From: an uncultured Gammaproteobacteria bacterium
GTDB taxonomy: Bacteria; Pseudomonadota; Gammaproteobacteria; Steroidobacterales; Rariloculaceae
Length of the DNA: 64,000 nt
Reading direction: 5' to 3'
Assembly: GCA_963714705.1 (NCBI GenBank)
Contig: CAVQPJ010000013.1
Span: forward strand, 962,512 to 1,026,511
A program made the position numbers and the translations under genes. Below, piece by piece: positions 8,652 through 18,088 of the stretch; position 1 is the stretch's first letter; each line of letters begins with the position of its first letter. The notes under the pieces are model-generated. The model was not told where the DNA came from and did no database searches. It was given only the letters and a program-made list of their open reading frames with translations.

Positions 8652-9836
8652 ATGCTCTCGCGTTCACGCGCGTCGCTCCTGACGGGCCTTGGCTGCCTCT
8701 ACCTTTGGGGCAGCGCCGACGCTCACCACTCGTTCGGCACGTTCGACCTCAACCGCAACGTCGAGATCGTCGGCACCATCGCCGGCATCGACTTCGTGAA
8801 TCCGCATGCATGGTTGCGCGTAAACGCGCCGAATGCCGACGGCGCGACCATCGAGTATCGATGTGAGATGCGCGGCGCCACCGTGTTGCGCCGTTCCGGC
8901 TGGACGCCCGACCTGTTCGTTGTCGGCGCGCCGATCACCGTTCAGGGCGCACCCGATCGCGTGAACCCGCTCGCCTGCTACGTCAACACGCTCGTGTTGG
9001 CCGACGGCAAGACGCTCGATCGCTACACACAGCAGGGCGGAGCCGCTGCGCCCGCGGCTCCCGCGGCAACGTTCGCGCGCATGGCGAGCGGCGTGCCGAA
9101 TCTTGCAGGCGATTGGGCCGTCGAGCAGCAGCTCATGACCGATCCGCGCGGCCGCCTAGGCACACTGGTACCCGCGAGCGTCGCGGACCAGTTCGAGCCC
9201 GGTGCGGTCCCGCAGCTCGGCTTGGCGATGCCGGGTTCCGAGGGATTCGGCCCGCTGGCGATCGTCGCGATGTTCTATCGCTTGAGCGTCGGCGCCATCG
9301 CCCCGGAGGTGCTCCCATGGCTCGACCAGCCCATCAGGCTGACCGAACGCGGCATCGCGGCGGTGCCTCCGGCTGACCAGCTTCCGCAATTTCAATGCCT
9401 GCCGACCAGCATCATTTTCAATTGGTACATCGAGACACTCGTCAATCGAATCACCCAGAACGACGACGTCGTGACGATCGAATACGGCCAGCCGGGCCTC
9501 GCGCGCACGGTCCATTTGAACGCTGCTCATCCGCCGACGATCGAACCGAGCCGGGCAGGCCACTCGATCGGCCGCTGGGAAGGTGACGTGCTCGTCGTCG
9601 ACACCGTGGGATTCTTGCCGGGCATGCTCGGGCTCGAGATCGCGCATGGCGAAGACCTGCACGTCGTCGAGCGCTTCGCTTTGAACGCGGCGGGCACCGT
9701 GTTGACTCGCGAGTACACGGCCACCGATCCCGATCACTTCATCGGCGATTACCGAGGTACCGACGTCACGCCGCGCAGCCCGCTGCCGTTCGTCGAGGAC
9801 ACCTGTAACGCCGAGATCAACCCGGTGGTGCTCTAG
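8652..9836 (+). CDS. S-L fusion protein: DUF6152-like domain, Ala/Pro linker, then L-type domain in one intact polypeptide
   Basis: Signal peptide ends GSADA, followed by HHSFGTFD...IDFVNPHAWL (S part). Linker QQGGAAAPAAPAAT. Then VPNLAGDW, FQCLPTS, GRWEGDVLVVDTVGF, ERFAL, EDTCNAE (L part). The 394-aa ORF is uninterrupted. Confidence 0.85.
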   Translation: MLSRSRASLLTGLGCLYLWGSADAHHSFGTFDLNRNVEIVGTIAGIDFVNPHAWLRVNAPNADGATIEYRCEMRGATVLRRSGWTPDLFVVGAPITVQGAPDRVNPLACYVNTLVLADGKTLDRYTQQGGAAAPAAPAATFARMASGVPNLAGDWAVEQQLMTDPRGRLGTLVPASVADQFEPGAVPQLGLAMPGSEGFGPLAIVAMFYRLSVGAIAPEVLPWLDQPIRLTERGIAAVPPADQLPQFQCLPTSIIFNWYIETLVNRITQNDDVVTIEYGQPGLARTVHLNAAHPPTIEPSRAGHSIGRWEGDVLVVDTVGFLPGMLGLEIAHGEDLHVVERFALNAAGTVLTREYTATDPDHFIGDYRGTDVTPRSPLPFVEDTCNAEINPVVL

Positions 9837-9843
9837 GACTTCG

Positions 9844-10263
9844 ATGCTGCTCCGACCTCGCCGACTGCTGATTGCCGTGCCGCTCGCCGAGCTACTCGCC
9901 GTTGCGGGAATGATGGCAGCCACGATCATCACGTTCGCAACGTTCGACGCTACGGTGAGGGCGCGCATATTCGAGATGCAGCGCGTCGCTGTCTGGGCTG
10001 GCCCCGCGGCCGGTTTTGTTTTCTGCTTCCTCGGGGGTTGGTGGGTCGCACGCGGTGTCGGCGCCGGACACGAGCGCAACGGCGTCGCTCTCGGCGTCGC
10101 CGTCGCACTTATCGAGCTCGTGTTCTTGGTCCTGAGCGGAGCGCCATTCGGCACGCTGTTCGTGTCCGCAATCGCAGCGCGCATCGCCGGCGGCTACTGC
10201 GGCGGCCGATTCGCCAAGCGCCGCGCCTCACACCTCCCCGGCGCCCACGTGGCCGCGCTATGA
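9844..10263 (+). CDS. Hypothetical integral membrane protein
   Basis: 139 aa with four hydrophobic segments. Starts 8 nt after the fusion gene stop. Confidence 0.5.
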   Translation: MLLRPRRLLIAVPLAELLAVAGMMAATIITFATFDATVRARIFEMQRVAVWAGPAAGFVFCFLGGWWVARGVGAGHERNGVALGVAVALIELVFLVLSGAPFGTLFVSAIAARIAGGYCGGRFAKRRASHLPGAHVAAL

Positions 10264-10311
10264 GAGCTGCGCGCGCCGCAGCACGGCGCGCGCAGGCGCA
10301 ATCGAAGCGCC

Positions 10312-11295
10312 TTACTGGCGCTCGCTCACGTAGATGTCGCTCGGGACACCGACGCTGCTGCGGCCGAAGTACAACCGCTCGCCGTCGGCGGAGATCGTCG
10401 AGCGTTGCTCGTCGCTCGCGGTGTTGACGTTGCTGCCGAGGTTGCGCGGCAGCGTCCACGCCTGCGGCAGGAACCAGGCCAGCGCGGTGTAGACGTCCTG
10501 CGCGCCGAACGCGGGTTGCGCGCTCGACGGACCCCACGTCGCCCGATTCGAGCTGAACACGATCTCGAAAGCCCCGTCCCGGCGCAAGCGAACGGTCGGC
10601 ATGAGATCGGCGTCGGCGGTGCTCAGGCGCTCGACGATGCGGCCGGGGCCGAATTGCCCGTTGGCGCCGAGCTTGCTGACGTAGATATCGTGATTGCCGC
10701 TCGTGGCGGTGCTCGAATAGAACAAGAACGTGCCGTACCAGGTCTCCACGAGCGATGGACTTCGCTCTGCACCCGCGAAGTTCGGTCCGTTCGGCGCGCA
10801 GCCGAGATTGACCGGCGCACTCCAGCCGCCGGCCGGGCTCTGGCGCGTGAGATACATGTCGCCGCCGCCGCAAGGAGCGACGTTGTTCGCATCGGGCGTC
10901 GTACGCTCGCTGACGAACATCAGCCCGCGTCCGGCGAGCGGCGTCGGACAGAAGTCGGCGGCCGGAGAGTTCACGAAGAACTGGGTGGCCGCGGGATCCA
11001 CGGGCCCGTCGATATTCCTCGCCGTGCCCCAGGGAGCGCCGACGCTCTGCCGGTCCACGGACCATACGTCGTTCGCGCCGTAGCCGCCCGCGCGGTTGGA
11101 CGCGAACATCAGGCTCAACCCATCCGGGGTCTCGATCGGGCAGCCCTCGCCGGCGCCAGCCGTATTGATACTCACGGCAGTCGCCAAGCTCCACTCGCTG
11201 CCGAGCCCATTCTCCGCGCCGGCGAAGGCGGGAAGAGAAAGGGCGGCGAGCGCCGGCCCGACACTGATGTAACGCCAAGATGTTCTGCGGCTCAT
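10312..11295 (-). CDS. Secreted TolB-like beta-propeller (PD40/WD40-like repeat) protein
   Basis: Signal peptide ...LSLPAFAGAE. Repeated PD40-like units (SLMFASNRAGGYGANDVW, ERSPSLVE...HDIYVS, STISADGERLYFGRSS...SDIYVSE). Confidence 0.65.
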   Translation of the reverse strand: MSRRTSWRYISVGPALAALSLPAFAGAENGLGSEWSLATAVSINTAGAGEGCPIETPDGLSLMFASNRAGGYGANDVWSVDRQSVGAPWGTARNIDGPVDPAATQFFVNSPAADFCPTPLAGRGLMFVSERTTPDANNVAPCGGGDMYLTRQSPAGGWSAPVNLGCAPNGPNFAGAERSPSLVETWYGTFLFYSSTATSGNHDIYVSKLGANGQFGPGRIVERLSTADADLMPTVRLRRDGAFEIVFSSNRATWGPSSAQPAFGAQDVYTALAWFLPQAWTLPRNLGSNVNTASDEQRSTISADGERLYFGRSSVGVPSDIYVSERQ

Positions 11296-11436
11296 TCGTT
11301 TGCTCCTTATGTCACCTGCACGACGTACCCACGTCGGCGGACGCGCTGGCCCGTGCGCCGGGGTGCGTTGTAGAGTGGCTCGGGTGTGACCCTAAGTCGG
11401 GGCAATACCAGGGCAGAATAGAGGCGAAGTATCCCG

Positions 11437-12096
11437 ATGCCCGCGTTTGGCGCGTTCGATTTCGATCCGGCGGCACGTCGACTCGCACGCAACGGCGAGG
11501 AGATTCACCTAAGGCCGAAGGCGTTCTCGCTGCTCGAGCTCCTGCTCGAAGCCGCGCCGCGTATCGTGCCCAAGCGCGAAATTCACGATCGCATTTGGCC
11601 GAGGGGCGTCGTGTCGGACGCAACGCTCGTCGCGCTCGTGAAGGACTTGCGGCGTGCCCTCGACGACCGAGACGCCGACGCGCCCATCATTCGAACCGTC
11701 CATCGCGTCGGGTATGCGCTGAACATCCAAGTCAGAAAGCCGCCCGCGCGCCGCGGCGCGCATTGGCTCGTCGCGACCGCGCGCGAGCGTTTTGCGCTCG
11801 CGCACGGCGACAACGTGATCGGCCGCGATCCGCAGGCCAACGTCTGGCTCGACTATGCAACCGTCTCGCGCCGCCACGCTCGAATTCACGTGGCAGACGA
11901 GGGCGCCTTTCTCGAGGACCTCGGCAGCAAGAACGGCACGAGCGTCGCCGGCAATCGAGTCGTCGAGCGCGTAGCGCTGCGCAACGGTGACCTCATCGCA
12001 TTCGGCAGAGTCATCGTCACGTACCGGCAATCCGGCGCGGGCTTGGCGACCGTCACGGAAGTGAGCCGGCTGACCGCAGCTCGTCCCGGCACTTGA
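11437..12096 (+). CDS. Transcriptional regulator with OmpR/PhoB-type winged helix plus C-terminal FHA domain
   Basis: Trans_reg_C-like segment LRPKAFSLLELLL...IIRTVHRVGYAL, followed by an FHA signature NVIGRDPQANVWLDYATVSRRHARI...GSKNGTSVAGNRV. No receiver domain. Confidence 0.85.
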   Translation: MPAFGAFDFDPAARRLARNGEEIHLRPKAFSLLELLLEAAPRIVPKREIHDRIWPRGVVSDATLVALVKDLRRALDDRDADAPIIRTVHRVGYALNIQVRKPPARRGAHWLVATARERFALAHGDNVIGRDPQANVWLDYATVSRRHARIHVADEGAFLEDLGSKNGTSVAGNRVVERVALRNGDLIAFGRVIVTYRQSGAGLATVTEVSRLTAARPGT

Positions 12097-12132
12097 GCGC
12101 AAGATCGCCGCGCCTGCGCGCATCGGCCACTA

Positions 12133-13530
12133 CTAGAGCGTCACCGCAGGCGCCGCTTCCCAGCCGCCGCCGAGCGCCTTGTAGATCAGCACGACTGAAG
12201 CGTTGAGATCGCTCTCCGCGCCCGCGACTGCATCCTCGGCCTCCAGCAGCGTGCGTTCGGCGTCGAGCAGCCGCAGGAAATCGAGCGCGCCCTCGCGATA
12301 CTGGATGCGCGCGAGCTCGGCCGCCGTCCGCGACGCCGTCGCTTGCTCGACGACGGACTCGAGGCGTTGCCGATGCGTGCCGTACGTGACGAACGCGTTC
12401 TCGGTCTCCTCGAGCGCGCGCAGCACCGCGAGCTCGTAGCCCGCGAGCGCACCGGCCGTGCGCGCTTCGGCCACGGCGACGCGCGCCCATGTGCCGCGAT
12501 CGAACCCGGCCCACGACAGCACGGGCGTGACGCGCCACGCGCGGCTCTCCGATTCGCCGAGGCTGTCGGCATCGCCGGCGACGAAGCCGATGAACCCGCT
12601 CAGCGTCAGGCGCGGAAAGAGATCGGCCTTCGCGACGCCGATGCGCGCGGTTGCGGCCGCGAGCTCGCGCTCGGCGGCACGGATGTCGGGCCGGCGCTGC
12701 AACAGCGCGGCCGGCGAATCGACGGCGATCGTCGTCAGGTGCGGCGCGATCTCGCGGAAGCCGAGCTCGGCGGCGAGTGCGCCGGGCCTCTCGCCGAGCA
12801 GCACGGCTAACCGATTCGCCGCGATCGCCTCGGCGGCGACGAGCGGCGGAATCGTCGCTTCCGTCGCGGCGAGCCGCGCGGCGGCGCTCGCGACGTCGAG
12901 CTCGCTGCCGCGGCCGAGCTCGAGCCGCACGCGTGTGAGGTCGAGCGTCTCCTGTTGATAGCCCAGGTTCGTTTGCGCGACCCGCAACCTCTTCTGCGCA
13001 CCGCGCAGCTCGACGTAGTTGCGCGCGACCTCGGCCGCAATGAGGACCTGCGCGTCGCGCAGGTCGGCGACGGCGGCGTCGGTTTCGGCGCCCGCGGCCT
13101 GGACGCCGCGGCGCACACGCCCGAACAAATCTAGCTCCCAGAGCGTCGCGAAGCCCGCGTCGTAGCTATCGATCTCGACGCGCTCGTCCGTGAAGCCTGG
13201 CTGCTGTTGGTTGCTCTTGGAGCGCGCCGCTTCGGCCGAGACGCCGGGCCAACGGTCCCGCCGCGCGGCACCGAAGTACGCACGCGCCTCGTCGACGCGC
13301 GTAAGCGCAATCTTCAGGTCCAGATCGTCGGTTAGCGCGCGCTCGATCAAGCCGTCGAGCACGGGATCTTGGAATTGCTCCCACCACGCGGCCTCGAACG
13401 GCTGCTCGGCGACACCGGCCGGTTGCGCCGCGACGAAGGGCGTCGCCGCGGTTTCAGGGGTTTGGTAGTCGGGGCCCACGGCGCAAGCCGCGAGCAGCGC
13501 TGCGACACTGGCCAACAATGCATTTCTCAT
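12133..13530 (-). CDS. RND efflux outer-membrane factor lipoprotein (NodT/OprM family)
   Basis: Lipobox LLAACAVGPDYQTPE and the two-repeat OMF architecture. Downstream of the RND pump. Confidence 0.9.
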   Translation of the reverse strand: MRNALLASVAALLAACAVGPDYQTPETAATPFVAAQPAGVAEQPFEAAWWEQFQDPVLDGLIERALTDDLDLKIALTRVDEARAYFGAARRDRWPGVSAEAARSKSNQQQPGFTDERVEIDSYDAGFATLWELDLFGRVRRGVQAAGAETDAAVADLRDAQVLIAAEVARNYVELRGAQKRLRVAQTNLGYQQETLDLTRVRLELGRGSELDVASAAARLAATEATIPPLVAAEAIAANRLAVLLGERPGALAAELGFREIAPHLTTIAVDSPAALLQRRPDIRAAERELAAATARIGVAKADLFPRLTLSGFIGFVAGDADSLGESESRAWRVTPVLSWAGFDRGTWARVAVAEARTAGALAGYELAVLRALEETENAFVTYGTHRQRLESVVEQATASRTAAELARIQYREGALDFLRLLDAERTLLEAEDAVAGAESDLNASVVLIYKALGGGWEAAPAVTL

Positions 13531-13540
13531 GAGTCTCTCC

Positions 13541-16500
13541 CTACGGAATCAACGCGGCGGCGACGGCGTTCATGTCGCTGATGGAGCCGCGCTCGGTACC
13601 CGAGCGTGCACCGGCCGCAAGCCGCTGCACGACCCAATAGAACACGGGGGTCAGCACGAGGCCGAAGATCGTGACGCCGATCATGCCGGCGAACACGGCC
13701 ACGCCCATCGCGCTACGCATCTCGGCACCCGCGCCGCTCGCGAGCACGAGCGGAACGACGCCGGCCGTGAACGCGATCGAAGTCATGAGGATCGGCCGCA
13801 ACCGCAACCGCGCGGCATCGATGATCGCCTCCCAGGTGCTCGCGCCCTGTTGCTCGCGCGCACGCGCGAACTCGACGATCAGGATCGCGTTCTTGGCCGC
13901 GAGCCCGACGAGAACGATGAGGCCGATTTGCGTGAAGATGTTGTTGTCGCCGCCGACGAGCCAGACGCCGGCCATAGCCGAGAGCAACGTCATCGGCACG
14001 ATGAGGATCACGACAAGCGGCAGCGTCAGGCTCTCGTACAGAGCCGCGAGCACGAGGAACACGAGCAGGACGGAAATCGGGAACACCCACAGTCCGGCGT
14101 TGCCGGCGAGCTGCTGCTGATACGTGAGCTCGGTCCACTCGGCGTGCATACCGTTCGGCAGCGACACTTCCGCGAGACCCGCGATCAACGCCTCCGCTTC
14201 GCCGGACGAGTAGCCCGGCGCCGGGCCGCCGTTGATCTCGGCGGATGGATAGCCGTTGTAGTGCATGACGCGGTCGGGACCGGCCGACTGCTCGAGCGAC
14301 ACGAACGAGCCGAGCGGCACCATGGCGCCCTGCGCATTCCGCACCTTGAGCTGGCGGATGTCCTCGGGCTCGAGCCGGAACGGCATGTCGGCTTGCGCGT
14401 TGACTTGGTACGTGCGGCCGAAGCGATTGAAGTCGTTGACGTACAGCGAGCCCAAGTACACCTGCATCGTGTCGAAGATCTCGTTGAGCGGGACGCCTTG
14501 CGCCATCGCCTTGTCGCGGTCGACGTCGGCGCGCACCTGGGGCACGTTGACCTGATAGCTCGAGAACAAGCCCGTCAAGCCGGGCGTCTGCCAACCGGCG
14601 CCGACGATCTTCTGCGTCTCCTCGTACAACGCCTGAATTCCTAGGCCCGCGCGGTCCTCGATCTGCAGCTTGAAGCCGCCGATCGTGCCCAAGCCCTGAA
14701 TGGGGGGCGGCGGAAAGATCGCGATGTACGCGTCTTGGATTGTCGCGAACTTCTGATTCAGCGCGGCCGCGATTTCGTTCGCGGAACGCGTCTTCTCGAA
14801 GCTCGGGTCTTCGAAGTCACGCAGCGCGACGAACGCAATGCCGACGTTCGGCGCGTTGACGAAGCCGTTCACGGACAGGCCCGGGAATGCGACCGAGTGC
14901 GCGACGCCGGGCTCGGCCAGCATGATGTCCGTCATGCGGCGGATGACCTCCTCCGTCCTATCGAGCGTCGCGGCTTCGGGCAACTGCGCGAAAGCGACGA
15001 GGTACTCCTTGTCCTGCTGCGGGATGAAGCCTTCGGGCACGCTCTTGAAGCCGAGCCAGGCCACGCCGACGAGCGCGACGTATGCGACCGTGGCCGCGCC
15101 CGCGCGCTTCAGCGTCTTACCGGTGAGCCCGACGTAATGCACGGACAGCCACTCGAAGAAGCGGTTGAACGGCCCGATCGCCCAGCCGAACACGAAGTCG
15201 ATGCCGCGCTGGAAACGATCCGGCGCCTCGCCGTGCGGCTTCAACAGCAGTGCGGCGAGCGCCGGCGATAGCGTCAACGAGTTGATCGCGGAGATGACCG
15301 TAGAGATCGCAATCGTCAGCGCGAACTGCTCGTAGAACTGGCCGCTCAAGCCCGTGATGAACGCCGTCGGCACGAACACCGCGATCAGCACCGCCGAGAT
15401 CGCGATAATGGGGCTCGTGACCTCGCTCATCGCCTGCTTCGCGGCGTCGATGGGGTTGAGGCCCTTCGCGATGTTGCGCTCGACGTTTTCGACGACGACG
15501 ATCGCGTCGTCGACGACGATCCCGATCGCGAGCACGAGGCCGAACAGCGACAACGCGTTCAGCGAGAAGCCCAAGAGATGCATGGCGGCCAGAGTGCCGA
15601 CGAGGGACACGGGCACAGCCGCAAGCGGGATGATCGACGCGCGCCACGTGCGTAAGAAAAGCACGACGACGAGCACGACGAGCAGCAGCGCCTCGACGAG
15701 CGTCTCGACGACGGCGCCGATCGACTCGCGCACGAACACCGTTGGGTCGTAGACGATGCGGTAATCGACGCCCTCGGGGAAGTCCTGCTTGAGCTCCTCC
15801 ATCTTGGCGCGAACCTTGTTCGAAATCTCGATCGCGTTGCTGCTGCCCGGCTGCTGATACACGGGGATCGCAACGGCCGGCTCGTTGTCGAGCAGCGAGC
15901 GCAATGCGTACGTGCTCGCACCGAGCTCGACGCGCGCGACGTCCTTCAGGCGCGTGATCTGACCGCGGTCGCCGGTCTTGACGACGATGTCCTCGAACTC
16001 TTCCTCGGTGACGAGGCGCCCCTGCGTGTCGACGAGGAGCTGGAACTGCGCCGCGCTCGGGGCGGGCGGGGCGCCGAGCTGGCCGGCCGCGACCTGCACG
16101 TTCTGCGCGCGGATCGCGCGCACGACATCGGTAGCCGTGAGATTCAGCGCGGCCACTTTCTCCGGGTCGAGCCACACGCGCATCGAATACTCGCCGGCGC
16201 CGAACACCTGCGCGTCGCCGACGCCCTCGATGCGCTTCAGCTCGTCGCGTACACGCAAAGTGGCGTAGTTCGAGAGATACAGCATGTCGTAGCGGTTGTC
16301 GGGCGAGACCAGGTGCACGAGGAGCGTGAAGTCCGGCAGTGACTTTTCGGTCACGACGCCGAGCCGCTGCGTGACCTCGGGCAGCTTGGGCAGCGCTTGC
16401 GCGACACGGTTCTGCACGAGCACTTGAGCTTGGTCGAGATCCGTGCCGAGCTCGAACGTGACGTTCAGCGTCATGAGCCCGTCGGCCGTGGACTGCGACG

Positions 16501-16741
16501 ACGTGTAGAGCATGTCCTCGACGCCGTTGATCGCCTGCTCGAGCGGCGACGCAACCGTTTCCGCGATGACTTGCGGGTTCGCGCCGGGGTACATCGCGCG
16601 CACGACAACCGTCGGCGGGACGACTTCGGGGTATTCGCTGATCGGCAGGAGGCGTAGCGACAGCGCGCCCGCGATAAAAATGATCGCCGACAAAACGCCG
16701 GCGAAAATGGGCCGCTGAATGAAGAATTGTGAGAATCGCAT
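13541..16741 (-). CDS. RND efflux transporter permease (AcrB/MexF-like, HAE1)
   Basis: 1066 aa. N-terminus MRFSQFFIQRPIFA. 12-TM two-loop architecture with typical AcrB motifs. Confidence 0.95.
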   Translation of the reverse strand: MRFSQFFIQRPIFAGVLSAIIFIAGALSLRLLPISEYPEVVPPTVVVRAMYPGANPQVIAETVASPLEQAINGVEDMLYTSSQSTADGLMTLNVTFELGTDLDQAQVLVQNRVAQALPKLPEVTQRLGVVTEKSLPDFTLLVHLVSPDNRYDMLYLSNYATLRVRDELKRIEGVGDAQVFGAGEYSMRVWLDPEKVAALNLTATDVVRAIRAQNVQVAAGQLGAPPAPSAAQFQLLVDTQGRLVTEEEFEDIVVKTGDRGQITRLKDVARVELGASTYALRSLLDNEPAVAIPVYQQPGSSNAIEISNKVRAKMEELKQDFPEGVDYRIVYDPTVFVRESIGAVVETLVEALLLVVLVVVLFLRTWRASIIPLAAVPVSLVGTLAAMHLLGFSLNALSLFGLVLAIGIVVDDAIVVVENVERNIAKGLNPIDAAKQAMSEVTSPIIAISAVLIAVFVPTAFITGLSGQFYEQFALTIAISTVISAINSLTLSPALAALLLKPHGEAPDRFQRGIDFVFGWAIGPFNRFFEWLSVHYVGLTGKTLKRAGAATVAYVALVGVAWLGFKSVPEGFIPQQDKEYLVAFAQLPEAATLDRTEEVIRRMTDIMLAEPGVAHSVAFPGLSVNGFVNAPNVGIAFVALRDFEDPSFEKTRSANEIAAALNQKFATIQDAYIAIFPPPPIQGLGTIGGFKLQIEDRAGLGIQALYEETQKIVGAGWQTPGLTGLFSSYQVNVPQVRADVDRDKAMAQGVPLNEIFDTMQVYLGSLYVNDFNRFGRTYQVNAQADMPFRLEPEDIRQLKVRNAQGAMVPLGSFVSLEQSAGPDRVMHYNGYPSAEINGGPAPGYSSGEAEALIAGLAEVSLPNGMHAEWTELTYQQQLAGNAGLWVFPISVLLVFLVLAALYESLTLPLVVILIVPMTLLSAMAGVWLVGGDNNIFTQIGLIVLVGLAAKNAILIVEFARAREQQGASTWEAIIDAARLRLRPILMTSIAFTAGVVPLVLASGAGAEMRSAMGVAVFAGMIGVTIFGLVLTPVFYWVVQRLAAGARSGTERGSISDMNAVAAALIP

Positions 16742-16752
16742 GGCTCTCTCCG

Positions 16753-17964
16753 CTAGAAAGCCGCGTTCGCGGCGGCGGCTTCGTCAGCCACCAGCTGCGC
16801 GAGCGCGGGAAGATCGTGGCCCATCGCGACGCGTGTTTCCGCAACGGTCGCACCGGGGCGGACGCGCTGGAGTCCGTTGACGATGACGACGTCCCCGCTC
16901 ACGAGGCCGTTCTCGACGACGCGCAAGCCGTCGAAGAGCCGGCCTGTCTCGACGGACCGATACTGGACGACGCCCTGCTCGTCGACGACGAACACGAACC
17001 GCTTGTTGAGATCAGTGCCAATCGCACGATCGTCGACGAGCGCCGCGCTGTAGCGGCTCGGGCTCACGAGCTTCATGCGCGCGAACAGGCCCGGTGTGAA
17101 TAGCCCATCGCGGTTGTCGAGCACTGCGCGCGCCCGGATCGTGCCGTGATTCGGGTCGACCTGGTTGTCGACGAAGTCGAGCAGCGCCGCGTGCGGATAG
17201 CCTTCCTCGTTGATCAGGCCGACCTGCACGACGCTGTGCTCGGTCGCGTTCGGCTGCTGCACGTGCTCGAGATACGTGTGCTCGTCGACGTCGAAGTACG
17301 CGTAGACGGTGTCGTCCGAGACAACCGTGGTGAGCACGACCGAGGCGTCGACCAAGTTTCCGGCCGTGACGATTGCGCGCGAGACGCGGCCGGCGATCGG
17401 CGCCGTCACGCGCGTGAACGACAAGTTGAGCTGGGCCGACTCGAGCGCCGCGCTGATCGACGCGACCTGCGCCGCGGCGACGGTCGCGTCGGCGGCAACC
17501 TGCTCGACCTCTTCCTGCGAAGTCGCGTTGCGCGCGAGCAGCCGCTGCGCGCGATCGCGATACGACTCGGCGAGCTTGAGCTGCGCGAGCGCGCGCTCGC
17601 GCTCGGCCGCGAGCCGGCTGACTTCCGCCTTGAACGGCCGCGGATCGATCTGATACAAGAGGTCGCCTGCCGCTACACGCCCGCCTTCCGAGAAATGCGC
17701 GGACTCCACGTAGCCGCCGACACGGGCCCGAATCGCGACGCTCTCGACGGCTTCGAGCCGGCCCGTGAAGTCGGCGGAGTCGTTGAGCTCGTGGATGGCG
17801 ACTTCGGCTGTCGTGACTTGCGGCGCCGGCGGAGCCGGTGGGGGGTTACCGGCTTCGCCGACGGCGCAACCCACGAGCGCAAACGGCAAAACGAGTGAGA
17901 CGAGACGCAGAACCCGGAGACTCTGAACCCTGTGCGGCACCATACGGAAATCCTTCTCAGTCAA
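16753..17964 (-). CDS. RND efflux periplasmic adaptor (membrane fusion protein)
   Basis: Lipobox-like LVGCAV plus HlyD/MFP barrel-sandwich and coiled-coil segments. First gene of the efflux operon. Confidence 0.9.
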   Translation of the reverse strand: MTEKDFRMVPHRVQSLRVLRLVSLVLPFALVGCAVGEAGNPPPAPPAPQVTTAEVAIHELNDSADFTGRLEAVESVAIRARVGGYVESAHFSEGGRVAAGDLLYQIDPRPFKAEVSRLAAERERALAQLKLAESYRDRAQRLLARNATSQEEVEQVAADATVAAAQVASISAALESAQLNLSFTRVTAPIAGRVSRAIVTAGNLVDASVVLTTVVSDDTVYAYFDVDEHTYLEHVQQPNATEHSVVQVGLINEEGYPHAALLDFVDNQVDPNHGTIRARAVLDNRDGLFTPGLFARMKLVSPSRYSAALVDDRAIGTDLNKRFVFVVDEQGVVQYRSVETGRLFDGLRVVENGLVSGDVVIVNGLQRVRPGATVAETRVAMGHDLPALAQLVADEAAAANAAF

Positions 17965-18032
17965 ATGGTTATTCGTCGTGTGACTGAACCGGCTTGGTCC
18001 ACTCGAGGGGCTCGCTTCGGTCCGCCTCGGGT

Positions 18033-18085
18033 GTTACTATACCGTTCAGTAACGTCATGGGCCGGTACGATACTTACCGGTAAGT
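18033..18085. promoter_or_regulatory. Candidate TetR operator pair in the divergent efflux/tetR intergenic region
   Basis: Perfect 14-bp palindrome ACTTACCGGTAAGT (18072..18085) lies 3 nt before the TetR ATG. A related imperfect inverted repeat GTTACTATACCGTTCAGTAAC lies at 18033..18053. Confidence 0.5.
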
Positions 18086-18088
18086 AAC

